A stretch of DNA of 64,000 nucleotides from Octopus sinensis. Its lineage: Eukaryota. Every line of letters starts with the position of its first letter. Within the stretch, counting starts at the first letter, position 1. The DNA is taken from assembly GCF_006345805.1 (NCBI RefSeq), contig NC_043001.1:42842001-42906000 (forward strand). Reading direction: 5' to 3'. Positions 52,919 to 64,000 of the stretch are shown here, one piece after another. Made by a program: the position numbers and the translations under genes. Below the pieces are notes generated by a model, which was given only the letters and a program-made list of their open reading frames with translations, searched no databases and had not been told where the DNA came from.

Positions 52919-53794
52919 ATATATATAGCTAGCTGTATATGTGTGTATATTTGTATCTCAACACATGTATTCTTTAGGAATAGAAATCTAATTAATTCAA
53001 CAGGCCTCAGTAAATATATTTGGGAACTTAAATTTAAATGCATTAAATATAAATTAACTTGGAAGATAATTTGTAAGGCAAAATTATCCTATAGGTAGTA
53101 ATTCTTGTTTATTATGTAATAATGAATTTAAAGAAATATTATTTAATAAAAATTAGTATTGGTTAATTTTCTAGATGAGCATAAAATTAAATGCAAACAT
53201 AAATTAATTTATTATATAAGTTTAGCTAATTTTCCGTATATATAAAACCCTATTTTATGTTACTTATTTATTGTAGATATAATTTAAGTTGTATTAGTGT
53301 ATTAATTAGCATGATATTATATGTTATATTACTATATTTGAATACGTTTAAACTTGGATATTTCTTAATAATTAAGTGAATATAGAAATTTATTAAGGTC
53401 TATTACTTATAGTAATATAAATTAATTTAAATATATGTATATTTTACATAATTATTATTTGGACTTTAAATTTTCTAGTAAATAGTCATTTATTGTTTTG
53501 TTGTTCTCTTATTCTTTGATTCTAGAAGCTTAAATATATTTCGTCATTTTCATTAATAAATTTATTCTATTTTTATACACAATGTCTTCATGAGTTAAAT
53601 TTCTTATAAATGTTAAAGCCTACGTTTTTACATTTAAAATTCAGTTAAAAAATGTTCTTCGATAATATAACGTATTATTTATAAACAATATTATTGAATT
53701 TTTGAATTGAATTTTGTTTGATTATTATTGTAAAAATATTAATTTCTATATTGTTATTTGATAATTATTAGTTACGATATGTATATTTATTTAC

Positions 53795-53828
<34 letters not shown>

Positions 53829-54496
53829 CTTGTGAATTAACGAATTACATATAATTTACATTGAGAAATAGTTTTGTAAGACAAAATCTTATCTAATAGG
53901 TAGGAATTTTATTTCTTATATAGTATTGCATTAAAGTCAATACTTTTAATATTAATTGATACTTTGGTTAATTTTATAAGTGAGTGTAATATTAAATCTA
54001 AATATAAATTAATTATATTGTAGGTTTAACTAATTTGTGTGTATATATTTGAACCATTTTTCTATTTTCAATTCTTGTAGTCATAGTTTGTAATAGTATT
54101 ATGTATATAAGTTAGCATGAAGTTTTTTTAGTATATACTATTTAATTAGAATAAGATTTAACTTAGATGTTTATTAAATAAATAAATAAATTAATGTATA
54201 TAGATTAAATTATAGTATTTTAGCTTCACTTAATGTATATTATGTATTATATATATATATATATATATAATACATATATTATATGTATACATACACATAT
54301 ATTATATGTAGGTGGCACATAAAAAGCACCCACTACACTCACGGAGTGGTTGGCATTAGGAAGGGCATCCATCTGTAGAAACATTACCAGATAAGACCAG
54401 AGCCTGGTGTAGCCTCCTGGCTTCCCAGATCCCCGGTCGAACCGTCCAACCCATGCTAGCATGGAGAACGAACGTTAAACGATGATGATGATACAC

Positions 54497-54895
54497 AGCG
54501 CAGGAGTGGCTGAGTGGTAAGTAGCTTGCTAACCAACCACATGGTTCCAGGTTCAGTTCCACTGCATGGCATCTTGGGCAAGTGTCTTCTGCTATAGCCC
54601 CGGGCCGACCAATGCCTTGTGAGTGGATTTGGTAGACGGAAACTGAAAGAAGCCTGTCGTATATATGTGTATATATATATATGTGTGTGTGTGTTTGTGT
54701 GTCTGTATTTGTCCCCCTAGCATTGCTTGACAACTGATGCTGGTGTGTTTACGTCCCCGTCACTTAGCGGTTCGGCAAAAGAAACCAATAGAATAAGTAC
54801 TGGGCTTACAAAGAATAAGTCCCGGGGTTGATTTGCTTGACTAAAGGCGGTGCTCCAGCATGGTCGCAGTCAAATGACTGAAACAAGTAAAAGAG
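54497..54895 (+). mobile_element. tRNA-derived SINE (family A), full length
   Basis: Box A TGGCTGAGTGG, box B GGTTCAGTTCC, internal (TA)/(TG) tract, tail ...GAAACAAGTAAAAGAG. Confidence 0.92.
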
Positions 54896-55279
54896 TATAT
54901 ATATATATATATATATATTGTTTTAATTATTTGTTTTTGAATTTTCTAGTAAAGATATATTATAGTTTGTTATTTTTTCTTCTATAAGCTAAAATTTATT
55001 TTCATAGATAAAATAAATATTTATATCTATTTATTCTAGTTTTATTTATACCACGTTTTTAACAAGAAATTTTATAAACAATAAGTCCTATGTATTAAGT
55101 TTAAAGATTTAGTTAATAGAATATATTTGTTAAGATATTTCGTGTTTTTATTTTAAGATATATTATTGAATTTTCTTTGATTTTTATTGAAAAATTACGT
55201 ATTTTTATATATATTTATATTTTCTTACAAGATAATATACGTATATTTATTTATTTAATTATTTTGTTGTTTTTATCAT

Positions 55280-55362
55280 GGACCTGAGGGGTGACTATAT
55301 TTAAATTGAATTGATTTTACTGTTATCAGTTTGAAAATATACCCACGAAACACGTGTAGTCT
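55280..55362 (+). ncRNA. Hammerhead ribozyme relic with long stem II (A9G)
   Basis: GGAC-CTGAGGG-GTG...long hairpin...CAC-GAAA-CACGTG-T-A-GTCT, with a perfect ACACGTGT palindrome as stem III. Confidence 0.6.
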
Positions 55363-55517
55363 TTTTACCAATTATATACTATTTATTTATTATTTTGTAC
55401 TTTACTTAATTATAGGTATATGTTTTAATGTATATTTAATTTTTTTCTATATGGTATGATTTAATTATATCATTGTTGAATTGCTACATGGTGGTTCATC
55501 TCTAATTTATATACATA

Positions 55518-56521
55518 CTAGCAGTATCGCCCAGCGTTGCTCGGGTTTGTAAGGGAAATAACTATATAAGCCTTTTTAGTGAGTTATAGCAAAAAAATGC
55601 ATTAAAAATGGAATAAAAAATGATGGTAATTTTTTTTTAAATCGTTGACTCATCGTAGACATTTTTAGAGAGTTACTTCCCTTATATAATAGTGAAAAAT
55701 GCATTAAAATGGAATAAAAAATGATGGTATTTTTTATTTTTTATCGTTGACTCATCGTAGACATTTTTAGAGAGTTACTTCCCTTATATAATAGCGAAAA
55801 ATGCATTAAAATGGAATAAAAAATTATGGTAAATTTTTTTTTTAAATCGTAGACTCATTGTAGACGCGCGCTAATACCCAGAAGGGCTCGATATGAATCA
55901 CGACTATAAGATATCCAGTTTTGGTTACACTGCACCGCAAAATGTGGGAGTAGTTAGGAATCTAAATCGTAGGAGACAGACACACAACCTTACTTTTATA
56001 TATAAAGATTTGTGCAACAACTAAAACATTCGGTTGTGCAAATTGTTTGCACAGGAAACCTGCCCTGTGTGGCGGTAATTGCCGTTTTTGTGGATCTGTT
56101 TCAGCTTTTTTAGCGATTTCTGTTTTGGTGACTTCAAGCCATGAAGTCGTTCTAAAAGAACGCTGGTCTCCTTGACAACGCATTACGGCGTTGATTTCCT
56201 TACACTCCCTTCCCCACAGCTTCACGAGGGAGGGAAGAAGGGGGAAAAGCAACACAGGTGCAGGTTTGAGCGTGGACGCCAACTCCGCCGCCATCGACAC
56301 ACGAAAAAATATGCATTAAAATGGAATAAAAAATTATGATAAATTATTTTTAAAATCGTAGACTCATCATAGACGCACGCTAATACTCAGACGGGCTCGA
56401 TATGAATCACGACTATAAGATACCCGAATTTGGTTAAACTGCACCGCAAAATGTGGGAGTAGTTAGGAATCTAAATCAAAGGGGACAGACACTCACACAA
56501 CTACAGTTTTATATATATAGA
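55518..56521 (-). mobile_element. Non-autonomous Helitron with two tandem 5' termini and internal 102-bp tandem repeats
   Basis: Minus strand: A|TC 5' ends at 56521 and 56008, hairpin CCCGAGCAACGCTGGG, 3' CTAG|T at 55521-55518. Confidence 0.85.
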
Positions 56522-56589
56522 TATTATATATTGTGAAAATTGATTTAGTATTGCTAATTTGAATTTTCCCTGTAATTTTGGAATCATAT

Positions 56590-57094
56590 TCCCTAATATT
56601 ATATATATATATATATATTATAATATATATATATAATACTAGGGAATATATTTGCATATATATATGTATGTTTGTATGTATATTTCTATGTATATATATG
56701 TATATATATATATGTATATATATATAATGTATGTATATATATATGTATATATATGTATGTACATATATATATATATGTATGTATATATGTATATATATGT
56801 ATATATGTATATATATATGTATATCTATGTATATGTGTATATATATGTATATATATGTATGTATATATGTATATATATGTATATATATGTATGTATATAT
56901 ATATATTTATGTATATATGTATATATATTTATGTATATATGTATGTATATATGTATATATATTTATATATATATGTATGTATATATATATGTATATTTAT
57001 GTATATATGTATGTATATATATATGTATATATATATATATATGTATGTATATATATATATATATATTATGTATGTATGTATGTATGTATGTATG

Positions 57095-57125
<31 letters not shown>

Positions 57126-57190
57126 GTATGTATGTATGTATGTATGTATGTATATATATGTATGTTTGTATATATGTATGTATATATATT
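56590..57190. repeat. Large (TA)n/(TATG)n compound microsatellite
   Basis: Direct reading. Confidence 0.97.
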
Positions 57191-57420
57191 AGGCGGCGAG
57201 CTGGCAGAATCGGTAGCACGCCGGGCGAAATGCGTAGCTGTATTTCGTCTGTCTTGACGTTCTGAGTTCAAATTCCGCTGAGGTCGACTTTTCCTTTCAT
57301 CCTTTCGGGGTCGATAAATTAAGGACCAGTTACGCACTGGGGTCGATGTTATCGACTTAATCTGTTTGTTTGTCCTTGTTTGTCCCCTCTATGTTTAGCC
57401 CCTTGTGGGTAATAAAGAAA
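57191..57420 (+). mobile_element. tRNA-derived SINE (family B), full length
   Basis: tRNA-like head (AGCTGGCAGAATCGGTAG; GAGTTCAAATTCC) and central GTCGACTTT.CCTTTCATCCTTTCGGGGTCGATAAA domain. Confidence 0.9.
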
Positions 57421-58104
57421 CATACATGTATGTATATATATGTGAGTATGTAACCTACACCATTGTCGTATAACCAGCCCACTCAAAAATACCTTGGATT
57501 GTATGGCAATATGCCATGCTTAAGAACTATTGAGTTAAGTACATCAACAGCAATATCAAAATCAAATCAAATGGAAATTGTAGTTGTGAACCCCGTGCCA
57601 ATAGCACGTAAAAGGCACTGTCCAAAAATGACTGATGCCACTGCTGCTTTAACTGGCTTCTGTGCCCGTGGCACATAAAAAGCACCATCCAATGATATAT
57701 ATGTATATATGTCAATATATATATGTCAATGCCAGCTCCTCAGGCCCCTGTGCCGGTAGCAAGTAAAAAGCACTCATTATACTCTCGGAGTGGTTGGCAT
57801 TAGGAAAGGCATCCGGCTGTAGAAACACTGTGAGATCAGACTGGGGCCTGGTGCAGCCTCCTGGCTTCCCAGACCCCAGTTGAACTGTCCAACCCATGCC
57901 AGCATGGAAAATGCTTGTTAAACAATGATGAAGGTGATGATGATGATGATATCTGTGTATGTATGTATATGTATATGTATGTATGTATGCATGTATATAT
58001 GTATGTATCCATATATATATATGTATGTATATGTATATATGTATGATGTATGTACATATACATATATATGTATATATGAACAAGCTAAAGGTTGTTCATA
58101 TATA

Positions 58105-58934
58105 CTAGCTGACGTACCCAGTAGTTTCCAGGAAAGCAGGAGCTTATCCCTTGGTTCCATTCTCATAATTGTTTTGCTAATCCAATAACAGCAATACAAA
58201 GTATGTAGCCCTTAAAACAGTTTTTGTGCATTTACAGAGAATACCAAACTGTCTCGCACAGAATCCTGTTTTTAGGAATTCCCAATAAGTTATGAATACC
58301 CAAATGGTGAAGTCAGTTATGTAATAACATGAAATTTGTTACCCAGTAGTAAGAATTCACATAAAGTAGCCCTGAAAAGGTTTTTAATACATTCCCAGAG
58401 TATATAAAACATAGGAGGAAATACTAATAAGGTATGTTTACTAAAATTATGAAGCATGTTACATAATAACAGGCTAATCAGATATGAGATAATTACAGTT
58501 CAAAGTAAATAACTCTGAAAATGGCTTTTGTGCATTCCCAGAGAATATTACCCTCAGGGGTGCTAGTTTTGGGTTATTCATGAATAAGTCACTAAAAGAA
58601 ATAAGTGGATCTATTGTTTAGGAAAATACTATTTACTTATTTAAGGGTTGTACTGGATAAATTGCAAAAATAACTGTAACAGCTAAAATATTAAGGAATA
58701 AGCATACTCAATTTCATTTTTATCAAATAATTTAGGAATATGAATGGGTTATTTCCCTTGGACATATATAAGGATCCCTTCCAGGTGCACTATTATCAAT
58801 TTTTTTTCAACAATCTGAGTATGCTACGGGGTTTCCAGACATGAGTTCTACTCAAGTGTCAAGTTCCATCAAAATCGATAAAACGATGCAGGAGGAGTTA
58901 GCTTATAACAAACACACCCACAGACAGACAGAAT
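58105..58934 (-). mobile_element. Second non-autonomous Helitron-like element, interrupted near its 5' end by an RTE-derived insert
   Basis: CTAG|T terminus at 58105-58108, degenerate subterminal hairpin, (ACAG)n near the other end. Confidence 0.6.
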
Positions 58935-58941
58935 TTCCCAT

Positions 58942-59764
58942 CATCATCATCATCATCGTCGTTTAACGTCCGTTCTCCATGCTAGCATGGGTTGGACGGT
59001 TCGACCGGGGTTCTGGGAAGCCAGAAGGCTGCACCAGGCTCCAGTCTAATCTGGCAATGTTTCTACAGCTGGATGCCCTTCCTAACGCCAACCACTCCGT
59101 GAGTGTAGTGGGTGCTTTTTACGTGCCACCTGCACAGGTGCCAGGCGGGGCTGGCAACGGCCACGGTCAGATTGGTGTATTTTATGTGCCACCGCACGGA
59201 AGCCAGTCGAGGTGGTGCTGGCATCGGCCACGGGTCGGATAGTGCTTTTTACGTACCACCAGACCAGGGATCCTGGCTGGTTCAATTCGATTTCGATTTC
59301 GCTTGCCCCAACATGTCTTCACAAGCAAAGGGGGTTGGCATGGTGCCTGTCGTACGGTCGCATTGGAGTATTTTACGTGCCACGGCCACGAGTCGGATAG
59401 TGCTTTTTACGTACCACCAGACCAGGGATCCTGGCTGGTTCAATTCGATTTCGATTTCGCTTGCCCCAACATGTCTTCACAAGCAAAGGGGGTTGGCATG
59501 GGTGCCTGTCGTACGGTCGCATTGGAGTATTTTACGTGCCACGGCCACGAGTCGGATAGTGCTTTTTACGTACCACCAGGCCAGGGATCCTGGCTGGTTC
59601 AATTCGATTTCGATTTCGATTTCGCTTGCCCCAACATGTCTTCGCAAGCATGGGGGGTTGGCATGGGTGTCTGTCGTCGGATGAGGTTCTATATCGACTT
59701 CGCTTGCCTCAACCGGTCTTTGTGTCCAAGGGAGGAAAGGCATTCATAAGTGGGCTGGGCTCAC
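58942..59764 (-). mobile_element. RTE 3'-region insertion with 7-bp TSD (TTCCCAT) and 158-159-bp internal tandem repeats
   Basis: TSD at 58935-58941 and 59765-59771, (GAT)n tail at left, repeat units starting at 59226, 59384 and 59543. Confidence 0.9.
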
Positions 59765-59778
59765 TTCCCATATATGTA

Positions 59779-59813
<35 letters not shown>

Positions 59814-61539
59814 GTTATTTCTTTGAAGTCAGTGTTGCATTGTGTTGACAGACTTTCGCTTAAAATTCCCATAATTTTAATCAAAATCTGATAGTTACTA
59901 TGGTGATTACTCCACCTACCTTCCTATCTATCTGGTAGTCTATCTGTCTTTCTATCTAACTATGTTTGACTTTCTCTTTGTGTCCCTCTCTTTCTCTCTG
60001 CCCTCTCTGATACTGTATTTGTTTCCTAACACTAACTTTTTCTCCTATTCTTCTAAAAGAAGAGGTTATCTCCTCTTTTGACCCCTCCCCTTTTCCTTCC
60101 TTGTAATAGATGTTTTGACAGACAGACAGACATCAGCTTCTCTCGTATAATATAATATTGACAGAGATACATTTGGAATACTTCTCTTCACAAAATATTG
60201 ATTTGTTTTGACTAGTGAAAAGGTTAACTTCTCCATGATGGAGATGCTGTTGATATAATTGACACCTGTATAATATTGGTGCTATTTTATTAACCATAAA
60301 GAGATGTAAGGATTTGAACTGAAAACTTTGCTGGATGAAATAAATACTTTAAAATATTTAATTTACTTCTATCATCGTTACTTCCCTATCACTGTATAAA
60401 ATATTGGAAGGAATGTTATTGGTACTTTTGATGACCTAATACTTGAATATATATCTTTTACTTGCAAAGAATTTTGATTTTTCATTATTTTATTTCATGA
60501 TTCTTTTATCAAATTTTGGTTTATTCATTTTTTTCTTTTGCTTTCAATTTATTCTGTTGTTCTTTTGTAGATCTCATGTAACTTGATTAGAGGATTTTAT
60601 TAAATGTATATGCCTCATTTAATATGATAAAAATCTACTTGTTTAAATCAAATATTTTAGAATTCCCCATATTATGTTAAACTAACTTTTAGGAAAATTA
60701 ATTAGAAATAATTTTTTAATATTTTGTTAAAAAAATATTTTGCTTCATTTTCATAGTTTATTCTGTATATTTTCAATAAAAAGAATTGTCTTTTCAATTC
60801 CTTCAGATTTATTTTATTTTTTTAGATGTTGTTTTTAATGCTTTTAACAATATGTCTTAAATATATAACATTTCAAGAATATTTTCAGCCTCCATCAATA
60901 CTTTATTTTGATCATAGGTATTATGTACTGTTCCCCTAGATGCAGGAAAAGATATATATAAAAAAAAAAATTTTAATGAAATAGAAATGAAGAAATTGTA
61001 TTGAAAATAGAGTTTATAGAACAAACACATCATTATTTGAGTGTAATCTAATTGAATGATTCTTTATTAATTGAAGTATTTGTTTTCCTAATTTCTGCAA
61101 CTTCATTTCTTGCTGTTTAACTTTTCCTAATCTTGTTTAATACTTCACACTGTCCATTAGAATTTTTTCTGTTTTAGTTTCTAGTTGTCTGCCTCTCTTA
61201 GTGAATATATAGTGGTATTAGAATTCTTCACAATTAACTTTGATTCATGTTAAGATTAAACAAAATAATTTTTACCTTGAACACAATGTTTCCACTAATC
61301 CTATATATTTTGTGTATACACATACATTATATAAACTTAACAATAGCCAAAGTGATAGCCTGTAGGACTCACATATGAAGGTTTGATAGTTCTTGCCATA
61401 CCACTGTGTTCAGGATCAGGACTTGTGAATCCTCATTAGCTAGCCTGTTTTGTAGGCTAGCTAATGAGAAGTATAATTTACCTATGGATAATAAAATTAC
61501 TACTATATTTATCAATGAAATAGAGACATTGTAATTCAT

Positions 61540-61890
61540 CCAAGGAACGTCCCACTTGCTTGCATCTCATATTTTCTTGTCATCTTGACCCAATGTTTTA
61601 CCCTTTTTTCTATTTCCCTATGGGGAACTCAGTGATATGTAGCATGCTGAAGAATAATGAAACCACTGTTAAATTCCCATTCATTGTTTTTAGCTATAGA
61701 GAAAGTAAGTGGTTGCCAATAAGAAGAAATCACAATGTAAATAGCTATGTATCCACAGTTAATCCAAGAGATCCAGAAAAATTTCACCTTTATGCTCATG
61801 GGGCAAAAAGCTATGATGTTCTGAAATCTGTTGAAGGGAAAATATGCTTACTCTCAAGGATGAATACATATGTTAAGGACTATTAGAAAA
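61540..61890 (+). mobile_element. Helitron Rep/helicase coding fossil
   Basis: VSTVNPRDPEKFHLY..HGAKSYDVLKSVEG resembles the Helitron motif 'V.P.D.E.YYLR.LL.HV.GA.SF.DLRTV.G'. Confidence 0.65.
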
Positions 61891-62669
61891 GGATAAACAG
61901 TATTTCTATGGTTGTACATTATTTACCTGCACTAGTGAAGATCTGTAACTTGCAAGAGCAAGGGCTTAGTTATATAACTGATAGAGAATAGAAGAGAATG
62001 TATAGGATGGTTGTAGATGGTGAAGGGTAAGTAAGATGAGAAAGATAGAGTTATATTTAGTTGGTGCTTAATTATTGCGGCTTTTTTTCAACAAATTTTA
62101 TTCAACAAAAACAATAACAATATTTAACAAAAGCATCTTTAAATGATGGTCTGACCATCTGTCAAGCACACGGGAAGCAGTAATTGAAGTAGATGGTGAA
62201 TATGGTCCGGAATAATCATTTGAAGATGTTTTGTTACAATAATTGCAATGAGGTGGCAGTGGAAAGTGCTACAGAGTAGCATGGTAGGCATTAATTGGGT
62301 GAAAGGGAGTATGCATGAAATGGGAAGAGGAAGGGATTAGCATCAAGAGATGAAGAAAAGTGAGATACAGTGGAAATGAGATGGTGGGGGATATCTAAGC
62401 CTATCCTACATTATAAAGGTGAGTATGGACAAAAGGTGTGAAGGAAAGGGAACAACAAAAGAGCAATAGATTATGGTGGAAAGGAATCCTGAGTAAGTCA
62501 TTAAAGGAAAGAGAGGTATGGTGGTAGGCCAGAAATGGAGGGCAAGTGAAAAGGGGTGTTGAAGAAGCAGAGAAGTTGTGGGGAGAGGACAATGGGAGTA
62601 ACCACATGTGGATTGTTGGCGATTTTTTCCCTCTGTCTTCCTTTTCTTTTGGCCTTTCCTCCATCTCCT

Positions 62670-62704
62670 GTTTCTGATGGAGAGCTTTGCTTGAAATGTA
62701 AAAC
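62670..62704 (+). ncRNA. Degenerate minimal hammerhead ribozyme (PLE-type)
   Basis: GTTT-CTGATGG-A-GAGC(ttt)GCTT-GAAA-TG-T-A-AAAC. Differs from CTGATGA-A-GAGC...GCTC-GAAA-CG-TA by A9G and two CpG transitions. Confidence 0.6.
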
Positions 62705-62799
62705 TACTTACCTTTCCTTCTCTGAGCTTCTAGTACCACATATGTATCACATCCTCGCATTGTTGTTTTTTCTTGTGTATTTCCTAATTTTTTTTTCGA

Positions 62800-62800
62800 T

Positions 62801-62851
<51 letters not shown>

Positions 62852-63167
62852 ATATATATATATATATGTGTGTGTGTATATATATATATATATATAATAT
62901 ATATATATAATCTCTTTTTCTTTCTCTTCTCCCTATCTCTCTATAATTATATATATATATTATATATAGCAATTAAGGACAACTACTTAATAAGGAAAAC
63001 TTAACAAGAAATTGTCAGGTAGATAGCGTGAAAACCTCATAAGAGAAAAAATTTCGAAAATAATTATTTCTTATTGAACATATTAATTTATATATAAATT
63101 TATATAAATTAATATATTTATATATATATATAAATCTCTTTTTCTTTCTCTTCTCTCTACCTCTCTA

Positions 63168-63223
<56 letters not shown>

Positions 63224-63230
63224 ATACTCT
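62800..63230. repeat. (TA)n tracts with a direct repeat of about 60 bp (62900-62960 and 63130-63190)
   Basis: Direct reading. Confidence 0.75.
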
Positions 63231-64000
63231 TTTGAGCAAGGCAGGATAAAATGTCATACTAGTAGTAGCAATACAATTCATTTCTTGATACTGCATGGAG
63301 TACAATTAATGCCAATATTGAATGTTCTTAAGAAAGCATGAACTTATAAAACTTTTGCTGTTAGAACTCTTTATTCAATGCTCTGACTATAAAATACCTC
63401 TGTTATCATATCACTGGATGATTTTTATTGACACTATTTAAAAAGTTCTAGTTTGGTTAAATGAAAGGAAAATGGCGAGAAATGTATAATATATGCACTT
63501 AATCCAGTTTGAAAAGGTCAGAACCATAAAAGAAGAAAAATTGCATTGATTTCTCAGCTTCTTCTTCCTTCAGAGGCGCCACTACTAGCATTTGGTATGA
63601 ATATAGTGAAATTATTACAATAAGGATGATAATTCATTAATGATGCTGCTTATACTATTCAGGAAAATATCATAAGAGATAATGATTATGAGTCTATACC
63701 AGATAGCAAGTTGTTTGGTAAGAACACATTATCTCTTCCTGCAGTAAGTAGAGGGAGTTATTAAATGAGGAAATGATAAGGATATTGATATATTGGGGTT
63801 TTATTGTGGATGTTAATTTAAGTGTTTGAATTTATATGACACCTGCTATATTATGTCACCTCATTGTACCATTTGTGTGTATATGTATTATTTATTTATT
63901 AACAGCTGTGTATATATTGCATGTTAGAAACCAAAAGGAGATCATTTGCATTATCTAAAGGTAGTTAAATTCTTCTTACCAACAGGACAATGTGCAGTGA

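Larger units (their letters stand above)
52960..55500 (+). mobile_element. Extremely AT-rich Penelope-like relic (GIY-YIG end at 52960-53230, hammerhead at 55280), interrupted by an RTE tail and a SINE
   Basis: FRNRNLINSTGLSKYIWELK...TWKIICKAK followed by a frameshifted CLLCNNE. The extent beyond the coding remnant is inferred. Confidence 0.55.

Noticed and set aside
54497-54570. tRNA gene-like heads (also 57191-57280)
   Set aside because: These are SINE heads continuous with repeat bodies and have no complete cloverleaf.
59226-59700. Regular repeats that superficially resemble a CRISPR array
   Set aside because: Units are whole 158-159-bp tandem duplications without unique spacers; eukaryotic context, no cas genes.
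63655-63718. Possible small exon (cag|GAAAATATC...TTTG|gtaag) as SELENOS exon 3
   Set aside because: In the required phase it hits a stop codon, and it has no SelS-like sequence.

Overview
AT-rich, repeat-dense animal genomic DNA. The tRNA-derived SINE families, RTE tails and very long (TA)n/(CA)n arrays suggest an octopod cephalopod; this is inferred, not checked against a database. Two spliced genes lie head to head. (1) On the minus strand, a complete six-exon gene (CDS 19271->1602, 353 aa, all intron phases consistent) encodes a zinc-dependent MDR-family L-threonine 3-dehydrogenase of the bacterial/archaeal type; its last intron is GC-AG. (2) On the plus strand, the first two coding exons of a selenoprotein S (SELENOS/VIMP) orthologue lie at 25912-26008 and 29492-29629; I could not find the remaining exons in the window. 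Everything else is intronic or intergenic and is filled with transposon relics: mariner, hAT, piggyBac MITE, Helitrons, CR1/L2 and RTE LINEs, a Gypsy fragment, Penelope-like elements (PLEs) and SINEs. The most notable non-coding signals are several minimal hammerhead-ribozyme motifs in PLE terminal repeats (two with a compensatory U3/A8 core), several long intronic fold-backs, and a modular RTE 3' region built from repeated hairpin units. I found no clear evidence of a wholly new multi-gene system.
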